Origin: Laetmonice hystrix
Lineage: Eukaryota
Reading direction: 5' to 3'
Length of the DNA stretch: 64,000 nucleotides
Assembly (NCBI GenBank): GCA_965235115.1
Contig: OZ249436.1
Coordinates: forward strand, 64,728,001-64,792,000
Under the pieces are notes generated by a model. That model was not told the DNA's origin and did not search any database. It saw only the letters and a list, made by a program, of their open reading frames with translations. The translations under genes and the position numbers were made by a program. Shown here in pieces: positions 50,506 through 62,955 of this stretch (the first letter of the stretch is position 1; every line of letters starts with the position of its first letter).

Positions 50506-52251
50506 CACTTGCCTCCGCCGCGTCCGCCGCGTCCGTCGCCCGTGAATGCGGCGAGCCAGCGGATCTGCGTGCCGTCAGATGGTATCACGGTAAACTCCCT
50601 AATGCGCCGGCGTCAAACCAAACTTATTCCACACTCTGACATAGTACCTTATAGTCTCGATCTATAACAATGCAGTATTTCCTACAACTGAGTTGTTACC
50701 ACACATATTTTGTATGCCCTCCACGAGTGAGGCTTTTATAGTGGATTCTATTTTCATTTTTTAGAAGTGTTGACTGGGTGAGCGTGTGACTCAGCGTCTG
50801 CTAGCGAGATCGTACACTAGTAAATTCAATTTAGTTTTTGTCCTCCTACTCTCGGTGCCGTAGGTCACCGTCCACTGGCTATCAGTGTCAGTCTGACGAG
50901 GCAGTCCACATCGGATTGTGAAAGGTCTTAATATCTAGGTGTGACAGCTACGTTGTTAATGGTACACTAGTAAATGACAAATGTCCCAAGTCACTCTCGA
51001 TTACAAAGTCACATCGGTTTGCCGTGTTTTCTCAGTCACAGATTCGAGAATTCACGTCAAGGCGGCGATGAAAGCATTGTCTCAAACTTACACTGCAGTA
51101 CACTACACCTATCGCCTTCACAACCTAATCAATCAAACTCTACCTCCCCGCAGCTCTTGCAGAGAGAAATGGCACCAGGCAGCAGTAGGACGCCTTTGAG
51201 CACTCGGTGCGGCCTGGCGTCATGCTCCCACAATCTGTCACGGACTCGAGTCCGACCACAGCGAATAAGTAATGCTTAGCGCAATTTGGACTAAAACATG
51301 GTGAACATGCAGTACGTGAGGCTCGCTTATTGTCGACCCCCTATCCAAAAATCGATTAGAAAATCATGATTTCACATTATGTTGAACTGTGTCATGTTTC
51401 TCCGAAGGAATTGACTGCGAGGCCCACGTCTCGGAACGAGCCCCGCTTGTGGCGCTATCTAGTGGCGCTGCCTGGAGGCAGAGTAAATCACGACGTGTCT
51501 CATGAAACATCTGGTCTTCACTTTTACCAGTTTATATCACGTTCTCAAAGGTCAATGCCGCGCAGGTCCTCCAGGGGAGGAGGCAATAATATTAATCACC
51601 CCGGCGGGCATATTGACCAGCACATTTTAACTGTCGCCGGAGCTTACCCGGGAAGGGTGGAGGAACCTCTCAAGATATAGTGATGTCCCCCCTGAGCCTT
51701 TTCAAGATTGCCATTACATGCTGCCAATACAAAAGTAGAAGAGCTATAGATTTCTTGTTGCCATGAGCCATATCATCTTACCGGTTTTAATCAGCGCATG
51801 CTTCAAAGCTTAAGGTCACGTGCGGCACCGATCAAATCTCACACCATAGTCGCCAATGTATCCAACCCAAACCCATTACAAATCAATATAATGCATTTCA
51901 ATGAAAGAACAAGTATTTTTGATTTAAAAAATGTTAAGATATTTATATGTCACCGTGGTTACGTTTTTATTATAAGCCTAGGTTTATGGGAAATAATGCA
52001 TTTGCAAAGCCTTGGGTTTACTCTGGTGGCCCCCAGATTAGTGTTTGGTGCACTCAAATTAACAGTAACTATATAGACAGCCCAGACAAAAGTCAGCATG
52101 GTAACATATATGGATATTTCCCCCTTTTTAAAATCAGAAACACTTGTTCTTTCTATCAAAATACATAATATTGATATGTAATGGGTGTGACTTGAGTGTA
52201 GCACATGACCTTAAGTCTATATGGCAGGCTGCCTTTTACTTACTCCTACCT

Positions 52252-52256
<5 letters not shown>

Positions 52257-52321
<65 letters not shown>
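52257..52321. repeat. (CT)~32 microsatellite
   Basis: Direct reading of the sequence. Confidence 0.97.
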
Positions 52322-52324
<3 letters not shown>

Positions 52325-55300
52325 CTGACCACTGTCACGCGTGACGTTTATGTGACAGAGCAAATGCATAATTTAATTCTATTACCAGGTATACCCAAAG
52401 GATCTTACTTTCACAACCGATCATCTCCGTAACCCATAACATAACGTAATCTATCATTAATATTGACAATTCCTTCCGATTTCCCAAACTCTTTCAACGT
52501 CAAACAGAAACGACATCATAGGTAATACATGCCTTTTAGCTGAGAAAAAAACGATAATCTGGACAAATTAACATGAATTCATCAGTCGTGCTCCGTCGAC
52601 CTATTTTCGCGCATTTGAACCGGGACCGTTGATACTTTTCATAGTTGTACCGACAATGGCAACCCTTCCTAATACATATAATAGGTCCAAACTAAAAGGT
52701 CAAGAGACTTACTTGTCTAGAAGGAGCTTAGCAAGCCTTGTCAGTGGTTCGCAATTCCAAAAACTCCCGTAAATGCATATAGCGCTCAAATGCGTCAACC
52801 CTAACAAAAATGCTGTTGCAGCAAGCAAATGTCTGTTTACATTATAAGCACACGATTGGGAACTACTCCCCCCCCCCTTCTGCGAGAGGATGATATAATA
52901 ATAATATGTCCTGTGGTCGAGTCGCCTGACATTCGCGAGGCCAAAGATTCCCATGTTGCCACCCAGAAATCTCCGTTATTATGAGTCATTCGCCGGGTAT
53001 CAGGTCAGTTCCTTGTTAATTAATTCAAATGATAACGTTCGGGTCACACAGAACCAGTTTGTGATTCTCGAAGTGGGTGTAGTTCTGTTGGTTTAACGTA
53101 ACAATAAAAGTCCAAATGCAAATCCATGCATATAATGAATACATGTTTTCGAAGGCCCGTACATCATGCATGCTTTTATAGGCCTTTATTTATATCTATA
53201 CACCGGACGAATTCTGAAAAAAGGTTATCTGGTGTCGCTGCTTTTGTGACTTGTCCCGTGGCGACAGGAAACGCTGACAAAAAGAACGCAACTACCTTCT
53301 TCACGACGTTGATGGAGTCAGGAACAGTATCGGGTGACGTGCCTTTTAAGATAACGACACATCAATAGAGAGAATGGCGAGTCCTCTGTAGGGAACTAGT
53401 CAAGGACGAACGTGTGATGGCTGCATTACCCGCCACATCTCGCACAAATCTCATCCCATCTCGGTGTTTGTGCGATTGTCGAGTAAAATGAGACAGCATA
53501 ATAGTAGCACTTTTCAGCGGTACCACCCAACATTCCTGGATCCGGTTTGGAGGGGGATAATCAGGCGAGCCCGCATGCAAGCTCGCCCTTCTACTATACT
53601 GGCACAAGGAACAGTGGTTTCACCGGAAGTACAATCTGACGCCATGGCGGAGGCCATCGTAGCAATCATGACGTCACAAGACGGAGCAGAACGACGTCGG
53701 GCGTTTCAGACTTGAGATAAAATGTTCCTGACAGGGTTCTCGTCTGAAGTCATACCGCTGACTCAAAAGTTACAGTGTTATGTTGCTCAGGAAATATGGG
53801 GATTCTGACGCTTTTGCTGCTTTTCTAGCTAAACAGGCCAATCTTACCAGGGCCAAGTACTGGCGGACTGCCCCTTGGTGGGTACGACTCCGATCACAGG
53901 AACTATGAATCAGTAACTGTCAGAGAAAATTGACGGGGGGGTCGAGGATACAGGTCAGACTGGAGGGAAGTATAACATCTAGCATCTATTCAGCAGATAA
54001 CAGGAGTAATTGTGCACTTTAAAATTTGTTGCAATAAATCTTCACATTCTTCTTCAAGAAAACGAAAAAGATGAGTGCACGTTGATAGCGTAGGATCAGA
54101 GTAACCAAATTCAATGTTAGTTTTGTGCTTTAGGTCCTTGACATTGACCTTGTATTTTCACAAAGAACCCAAGTTTACGGTGATTTGTGGAGATAAAAGC
54201 ATTGAAAATGGACATATTCACGGGAGAGAGGTGGAGATTCTGGTAAGTAGTTTGCGTGCAGACTGTTGTCGAGATGTTGCAGACAGCAATTGTTATGGTA
54301 CAATGTATGGATTCTTATGGCTAGTTATAAGTGTGACGAGATTTGGGAGTTTGCCGAGGTGTATTCTATTTTTTCCCCTTGATCCACCACGTCACTGCCA
54401 TTTAACCCTGAGCATTCACCCCTGAAATGAGATCCCATTAGGAGTAACATCAATCAAATATTTGTGGGGAGACGGGGTCTTATAGGTCTCTTGGCAGCGA
54501 GTTCGAGATTGCATGACAAGTAGGCATTCGTGTGCATTCCAATAGCTTCATCAATGCCGACAATTAGTTTTTATATGTTTAATTATGTAAATCAAGGTAA
54601 CTTACAATTGATCTTCGTTGCTTTACATGCTTAGCGTTTACCACAGCAGCTCTGCCTCCATCACTTCACTTTAACAACCATCAGTTCTGGCGTTTCACGG
54701 TTGAGTCCACCCCTCCCGTCCCCGAAACACGCCCAAGCGTTTATCCATTATGGTATGGTCTCTTCAAATTAAGAATCACAGGCAATCACGTGATACTGAG
54801 GGGCGATACGTGTACGAGGGTCCAAGCGATAGATTGACACGTTTACTGGACAATTATTAGATATTAATGGATCCGAAGTGGGCGGTTAAACTGCAGCATA
54901 TAGTCTAGTCAGAATACTGCAGTCGTAAGTTTCTCTTCAATATTTTCATACACGTCATTATTGTTTAAATTATCGATTCAAGCACTTTGAAGGATTCAGA
55001 AAATCTTCACTTATCACATTTTTTCAATAAATGCGACAAATTAACAATCCCTTAAAACCGTGCACGACTTGAGCGAACATCGTTTTACTGTGCTTCTTAA
55101 GCGATGAGAAAGTATTGAAATACACCTCTTCCATTAACATTTAATTAAATTCTACATGAGCCGAGTAAAGAGGTTACATTCTAAACCGATTAGTATTACG
55201 TTATGTCTATCAAAACTACGAAAGTTACTTTCGGTTACTTGCTCGGCTTTCGGTCGATGGCCGAATACACGCTAATAGGTATACTTCCATTTCAGTTGAT

Positions 55301-57011
55301 AAACCAGTCTTAATAAATTGTTTTAATATTGGCATAAGCTATTTCTTAAAAATGGTGTGGAGCATTGAAAATTTAGGCCAATTTAGGCTACACACAAAAC
55401 GCCGTTGGTTAAAAGTTGCTGGCAATGTACAAGTCCACTTATAGTTGATATTATTCGACATACACACTGCCTGGACCTAAATTACTATTAGAAAAACAGT
55501 ATAAAATTCATTAGCATTGAGATATTTACCCTGCTGCTAGCTAGAGTCAGAGCTATTTTCATGGCATTTTTACAATTTAGCCAACAGTAACGCCTAAACT
55601 TGCAAAAATTATACTTTAAACTTCCCCTTAATACAACTGACACTTTTAACCACAGACAAAAAAGGAAAATTGATTATATATAGACACGGTCACGGAATAT
55701 AGACACATTCACGGTATTAATATAATGGTTGATATCATGGTTTCTACTGTCTAGTAGACCTACGATTTTATCCCAAATATGTGTCGCCATGGCTGTTCTT
55801 CATATTTCATATCTGTCACTAAAATACAAAATTGTACATTCGGCGATGGTTTTATGTGGACACGATCACGGAATTTTCTACCCCACTTGGCCTTTGCCAC
55901 AGCCACTCCTACACTATGACGATGGAGACCATTTTCTTTTTTGTACTTTATTAAGACATATTAGACCTCAAGACCTCTATAAAAAGTGGCCAGGATTGCA
56001 TTAAGGTATCCGCACGGGGGTCCATATATATGGACGCGGTCACGCAATTAAGGTACCCCAACAGTTTAGTTTATATGTTCTCAAATTATCATTTTTTACA
56101 CCAATAATTACCCTCAAGTATACCCCAGATATTGGTCCAAGTACTTGAGGGGTTAATAAAGTTTTTTCAAAAGGCCCCAAAAAGGCAATTTTTGACCCAT
56201 AGAATCAAAAGTAATAAAGACAGAACCATAAAAGTAGGGTTCCCCTGAAAGGTCTCATAAAGGCGGATCCACCGGAAGTCATGTATTTGAATTTTAATGT
56301 AATTTTATTGTTATATAGTTAAAAAACGGAATTGTCGACGATTTTTGAGAATCGACCATAAAGTTATGGGAGTGTATTGCTTCTCGCTATTTGACCCTGA
56401 AGATCCATTGAGCGCCAATGGCAGTGGGTGTCCAGCCACTTGCCTGTTGTGGCCAGTTCGGATGACAATCCGCTAATGTGTTTAATATTTGAGTGCCAAC
56501 TCGCTTTACTGATAATAAATATGTCTGTTGGTATCAAACAACCCGGTGGGAGATTCTCCTATATTATGGGCTCCACGGCAAATGACTGGGTACAATTAAA
56601 TGCAGAAGTATTAGAAAATAAGACTCTAAATTGGGTGGAATTCCCAATCAAGGAGTATCCTCGGGCATCAGAGTTTGACGTATGTCAAACATGAGCGCGC
56701 TTGCCTGTCTACGGGCTATACAATTTTATTGACATTGCCATCTTGTCCCTTCGCCTGTGGCTGTTACACGTCTTGGCCCACAGAGCTCTTACAGCAGTGT
56801 GCTGCTTCAAAATTCTACCATTACATTGCTATTTTATTGAAGTCTAGGCTCCATTATAGATCATTTTCTGTGTATCATTTTTATTGATCCATTCCATTTG
56901 ATTCATTATGCGATATTTTCCCACTCAAATGACATTATGAAAACTGAAATTTCTGGAACGTTTCCTTGCACACGAGCCAAACTGTAACCTTCCATATTAT
57001 AGTATGATATA

Positions 57012-58079
57012 TCGGGTGGGCCCCCCAAATAAACTGAAACACTCTCTTCTTGACTATAACTTTAACCATTTTATCCTAATGTCATAATATTTTGCACATG
57101 ATAATGATCTAGTTATTTGGGGCCTGTGGTACAAATTTTAGACAAATAGGTCAAAACTCTGTTTTGACGCATTTTATCAGAATGAAACTAAATTTAATGA
57201 AATTAGTCACTATTCAGGGTGGAGGCCGGCAAGAAGTGGGCTGAGCTCAGTCATCATCACAACTAGCACCTGGCAGTAACGCAGGCTGCCAAACCCCAGA
57301 TCACAAGCTCTGTTGTCATCACTAAACACATTGCAGAAAATTTAGAAAATCAACCTGTGAAAGTTTCTGATGAAATGTGTCAAAACAGAGTTTGGCCGGC
57401 CACCTGTTTTTGGCAGTTGGCATTTGAATGTCAGGTGTCACATCATTCAGACACAGTGGAACCAACCGTGCCTAAAACCTGCGGCACCACTTAAATACCC
57501 TGGGCCCCGTTTCATAACTAACAGCGAACGCACACTAATAACGCACAACTGCGTTATTAGCGAACGATGAAGATAGCGATCGTTGCGTTGAAGTGTTTCA
57601 TAAGCATTTGCGTAATTGTCCCCGGTCTCTCCTACTTTTCAATTTAAGTATCCACGTTACGTATTTTCGTAGAATTGCCAGCTTTATATTTCATAATGGG
57701 AAGTTAGCGCAGACCCTTATAGGTGCGCGTTAATTAAACGATTTTAGAGCCAGACAACTCGCACTATGAACGCATAGTGCGTTGCATAGTTATGCAACAC
57801 ATTAACCTCAAAAGAGGCTATTTGCGCATCTGCGTTAATAACGCAGCTGCGTTATTAGTTATGAAACGGGGCCCGGGTCCGGCATTGCAATTTTTAACAT
57901 GAAGTTTTTAAAATGGCACTATTTTTTTTAGACGTTTTGACCTATTTATCTGAAATTTGTACCACAGACCCCAAGTAACCAGATGATCCCATGTGCAAAA
58001 TATTATCATATTGGGCAAAAAAAACTGTAGAAGTTTTAGTCAAGAAAAGAGTGTTCCAATTTCTTTTTTGCCTGCCCGA
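57012..58079. mobile_element. Mariner-type long-TIR non-autonomous element, copy B, carrying a nested Harbinger MITE
   Basis: TA|TCGGGTGGGC ... GCCTGCCCGA|TA. Shares the internal GGAGGCCGGCAAGAAGTGGGCTGAGCTC segment with copy A. Confidence 0.82.
57503..57873. mobile_element. PIF/Harbinger-type MITE, copy 2 (complete, 371 bp)
   Basis: CTG|GGCCCCGTTTCATAACTA ... TAGTTATGAAACGGGGCC|CGG: 18-bp perfect TIR and a 3-bp CWG-like TSD with one mismatch. Subterminal palindromes TAATAACGCA..TGCGTTATTA. Confidence 0.85.
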
Positions 58080-58518
58080 TATACAGAAGTTGTGAGTGAA
58101 TTTAAATGAGTAGGCCTACTTGTCTTTAATGCAGCAAAAAAATGCTTAAATTAGTTTGTCGCTATTTTGATTTTTGCAAGCGCAGTCCATAATGATTATG
58201 AAAATGGTGTGTTACAAAATACTGGCTAACTGGTCATATTACATTAAATAATTACGATTTCAGTAATTCAATCAGAGGTAATTTAAAAGTCCCATGGTGG
58301 TATGAAATTTTAACGGACGCGCAGGCGCAGGCGCCCTCGCGACAATGATGTTGGCAATGATGTTGGCAATGGGAAGCCGGGCCCAGGCGTTCTGCTGACG
58401 GACGTTATTGTCGAAGGATGCATAAGAAGGAGAACTCCTTAAAGCAAACATAGACTATCTCTCTCAATTCAATGATTCCAAAATGCAGGCACGGGCTGTT
58501 AGGTTAGATAAGGCCAAA

Positions 58519-58617
58519 CGTCTCATGGGTGGTTGTTGACCTGCCATTAACCTGACCAGCTAATGAAATTCTGTGGCTGTTCAAGCCAATGCCAAGTCAA
58601 CAACCAGCCATGAGACG
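58519..58617. other. ~99-bp inverted-repeat hairpin
   Basis: CGTCTCATGGGTGGTTGTTGAC / GTCAACAACCAGCCATGAGACG (21/22 paired), with an imperfect inner extension. Confidence 0.7.
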
Positions 58618-60256
58618 ATCGCTTCATAGCGACAACAGGCAACTGGAATGTTGAATTTCAATGGATTCCTCCATTGTTGTGATTATTTATACAGTCTACG
58701 GCCTTATCTAACCTACCATGCAGCCCATGTCTACATTTTGGAGACATGGAAATGAAATATAGTCGGTGTAAAGGATTTACGTCACCTAAAAGGAGTATTC
58801 CGCAAATCTCAGGTCATCGAGGTTTATGCGCCGGTAGTCATCGAAGTCCGGATTCGTTGAAAGGAAAGAGATTCCTAGGCCTCCTGCTAAACGCATTACA
58901 TGTCCCGTTTGTCGGCCGAAACATCACCGATACAATGCTTTCATGTTTCTTGTTGACTTCGAATTTGTTTCCTACTGTAGGCTACTCACAGCAAATATTT
59001 AAATTAGGCCGGAAAATAGTTTACTAATAGTTAACTACTTTTGATTCATATTATGCTTTAATTGTCTTCTTCTTCTTGTTGTTCATATGGCACGTAAGAT
59101 TCGATAAATAAAGCGCCATATGTCGTGAGAATGTTGTAGCGCCCATTTATTGTGTCTCATTCTGTTCTTTGGCTCTTGTCGGTTTAACATGGCTCTCTCA
59201 TTGCTCTATCATATTATGTTTTGGAAGTCCGAACAGGGAGCTATTTTACAGGCCGTTTCTTTCTTTCTTTTATTCATTCTCATTCAATTTAGATGTTGAT
59301 TGCTTGTTTGTCATACAGTGCATACATCCAGGATGTAGGCTACCGGACGTAGAATTCTGACACTTCACACCTTATTCATGGGAGAGCGAGACTTGCGCGA
59401 CCGACAGCTTCCGACACACGTCATCGCTCCCGTGTTCGGGGTTCTCGTGGAGACCATCCCAACCGGAAGTCTTGCTCAGGGTCAACGCGCAGTCTGGCCC
59501 CAGGCTCTGATCATCTCCGTAATCATCGCTGACACCATCGGCTTCTGGGATAGCTCTCATCAGAATGGGCATATTATAAAATATACCTCAGGCGTACCCT
59601 CATGGTTAATTTCCTGATAGCAAAGTGTGCTTGTGATTTTATAATTTAAATAATCACCAAAAGGGTCTGATGCTGAAGCCGAGGGGCAGTTGGGGTTACC
59701 TGTATCCTGGGCATGAGGGCTAAATTATCATGAATGGATCAACGCGCTGGACGGTCGGGTAAAACAACCGGTGTCAAAATAATTGGAAGATAAACGCTTG
59801 TGCTGTTCACCATATATTATAATATATGGGGACCATTATTTTCCCCGGCTCCGCCGTAGGATAAGCCACACAACTCTCGCGTGATGATAATTTGGCGATC
59901 GATCGAAACTTTTAACTTTGGCTACAAGGAAGCTGACTCGTGATGTAATCTGAGCTGGCTGACAGAATGGGTCAAAGCGTGGAATGTATGGGCCAGAGAG
60001 ATTAAAAAAGACTGTGTTGCTTGTCACTCCGTCCTGTATGCACATGCGCATTCTAATACAGATACTCTTTGCTGAGACATCCAGTCTCATTTGGCACCAG
60101 ACATTATTTTCTGTACCGTGCTGTCCTGAAGGAAGAATGGACAGTTTCTGAGACCTTTAGAATTCACCGAGGCTTTAATTTATTGAAATGAAGTGTGAGT
60201 ATTTGTGAGCATTTCTTCCGCTATCAGCAAATCAGGCCATTCTCATGAGGGGGCAG

Positions 60257-60518
60257 GGTTTAACGAGATATTACAACATTGAAAAGGTTTAACGAGATAT
60301 TACAACATTGGAAAGGTTTAACGAGATATTACAACATTGGAAAGGTTTAACGAGATATTACAACATTGGAAAGGTTTAACGAGATATTACAACATTGGAA
60401 AGGTTTAACGAGATATTACAACATTGGAAAGGTTTAACGAGATATTACAACATTGGAAAGGTTTAACGAGATATTACAACATTGGAAAGGTTTAACGAGA
60501 TATTACAACATTGGAAAG
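60257..60518. repeat. 29-bp minisatellite, 9 nearly perfect copies
   Basis: GGAAAGGTTTAACGAGATATTACAACATT with period 29; no spacers. Confidence 0.97.
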
Positions 60519-60959
60519 AGGTGCATTGTACCATTGTACGTGGAAAGGTTGTCAGAACAACGGTGAACATGGGCGGGCTGCACCCGTCTGAAAGAATGTC
60601 TCACCCATTCTGCAGTGCCATCACTCGACATCATTTTAACAAAAACCTTCGTTCACTTTCTTCATTAAACGATGAAGTAATAGGTAATTTGAATAATAAC
60701 TGAGGAACATTTAAAATTGTAAAAATTTAAATAAAAAAGAATAGTGTGAAAGACCGACAAGAACCAAAAGCTCTTGCAGCCCGAGTCAGCGCACCACTGA
60801 ATCGACTCGCTCAAACATCCGCCGACGCATGCGCTTGAGGTCCTATGTATTTTTTACAACGGGGGAATCCCAACTCCAGCCTCTCACGGTCGTTTTTTGG
60901 TGTTTTTTTCCTATTGTAAACGCCTAATACTAGTCTAATGATACAATACAGGCCTTTAG

Positions 60960-62400
60960 TAGTCGTAATACTCCCCGAAAACAACGATGGGCAACAATTC
61001 AAGCACCAAACTGTTACCATATCCAGTTGGGAAAAATGCGTGTGTTATTTGCTATTTCCAAGGAAATCACTATAGGTTTATCGGGGATTCACTTTTAAAT
61101 ATCGACAATTACGCATTCCTTTAGAGATCTATTGAGAATATAACGAACTTAGAATAACCATTGAGAAGGCTGAAAAACCTTTTCCTTTGAAATTCCAGTT
61201 TGATAGTCATGATGCTGTTGGAAACTACGTAAAGCAATACGTATGGTTGGTTGAAGGTCAGGGTCAGGCGAAGATGAGCCTGTTGTGTATCGATATATCA
61301 TTTTACATTATTACGGACAAGCTTTCCAGCAGGCCATTACTTTCTATGCATTGAAATAAACGAATACTCATATTACCTTGTCCTCATTTTCCCCCAATAA
61401 GTTGGCATAGTGAACTGATTTCTTTGTAAAGCTGTAATATCAAAGTTCAACACATGGTCCTTAACAAAATTGTTTTTTGTCACAGAGTCTAACATTTGTG
61501 TGTTCCCCCTTAGAAGACCTATAATTTCCTCATAATTACCGTCAGAGTAGATTGCCACTTTAATAGAGTGATTAATTTCCATTTTAAAATAACGAAGGAG
61601 ATCATTAGCAACGTTATCTCGTGTTATAATCACTTACTTCAAAATACTCCTTAAGTCTAATGTAGTAAATGTAATACGATCCACTTTCATTGTGTAAAGT
61701 TTTCAAATATAAACAGATTTAAGTCATTTTCCTATTGATACATAGGTCGTCTTGATGTTTGCTTAAAACAGACGCGTCCTCAAAATATGTATAATTCAGA
61801 TTCTAATATTATTCTGGAGGTACACATCATCCTTCTTTAAGAAGCAAATTCCCAGGTGTACTGTTCTCATTTGCGTGTTTATCTATTCTTCTGGTAAATG
61901 TTATTGAACAAATGCTTCTATACTATTCCTGTGTACCACGCTCCGTTAGACCCAAAGTATCCGAGCCAACCGCCTGTCGACAACGTTAACTGATATGACT
62001 GTAACCTGATTGTGAATCCGTAGAATATAGATTATGTACCTTACACGCTATGTCTCCTCCCAGCAACGTTTGATATGAGCGCCGTTTTCTTTGATTTTCT
62101 TCTTCCTTTAAACTGCTCGATATTGATTCTGAGCATACTTTAAAATCATATCAAGGTTTACTTGTTTAAACCTTGTTAAACAATCCTTTGATTTAAGTGT
62201 AGTGAAATTCCATCAAAGGATTACGGAAGCTTATAAGATTACGACGGAGTTATTTTCTTTTAGAAATAGTCTCTATCTGATAGGTCATTAAGTTTAGTTT
62301 AAGTACTGTGTTTTGTAGGAACTTTTAATTACCTTTTCACAGTGACACTGTACATGATAATCATTCGATTTTTGTCTATGATTCACTCTATAGATAACAG
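60960..62400 (-). pseudogene. Heavily decayed LINE ORF2 (pre-RT linker and N-terminal RT) fossil
   Basis: Ordered degenerate motifs on the minus strand: FKMEINHSIKVAIYSDGNYEEII, RLFQCIESNGLLE, YCFT*FPTA, MVILSSLYSQ, CCPSLFSGSIT. These resemble the successive LINE RT blocks. Many stops; boundaries approximate. Confidence 0.5.
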
Positions 62401-62955
62401 AACAATCTTGTTATCAGAAGGTGGCACGGTGTTCCTTATAACGGGATTACTGCGACGATCCGACTAGGACACATTTCCGCCGACTACCACCCTCCAACCC
62501 AGCTCGTGCCTCCCGGATTGACCTAAGCGATTTCTATCATATACACACAGGAATATGGGTCATAATTATCGTCAACGCCAGCTGAAATTCCGACGCGGTG
62601 TATTTTGCCGTTGTTATGTATAGCCTTACTTTGATAAGAACCAAAATTCTTAATTTCAAATAGATATTATTTTTCACCCCATGTTCTCGATATGTACGCA
62701 TCGTCTTGGCTCTGAGGAAATCCTCGTGTCCTTGCAGACGCGGATTAGGCCCTACATGGATCAAATGTAATCTGAGTATAAGCGAAGAATCTTGGACGGT
62801 CTAGTATGACTGGTGGGAGCCGGCTTACGGTGGGTGTGGCCTGCATAGTAATGTTTGTGCGGGGTGAATGTATACGGTCAGATTCATGATCACCTACCTC
62901 GGGTTCGGACACAAAGGGTTTCTCATGTGGATTGTTGAACCAGAGACAACACGGA

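Noticed and set aside
53340-53740. Death-domain-like exon (REWRVLCRELV)
   Set aside because: It is a short motif with an adjacent stop and no clear splice sites, so it may be chance.
60257-60518. CRISPR array (29-bp repeats); the same question was considered for the 33-, 35- and 67-bp arrays
   Set aside because: Units are contiguous with no unique spacers, there are no cas genes and the context is eukaryotic.
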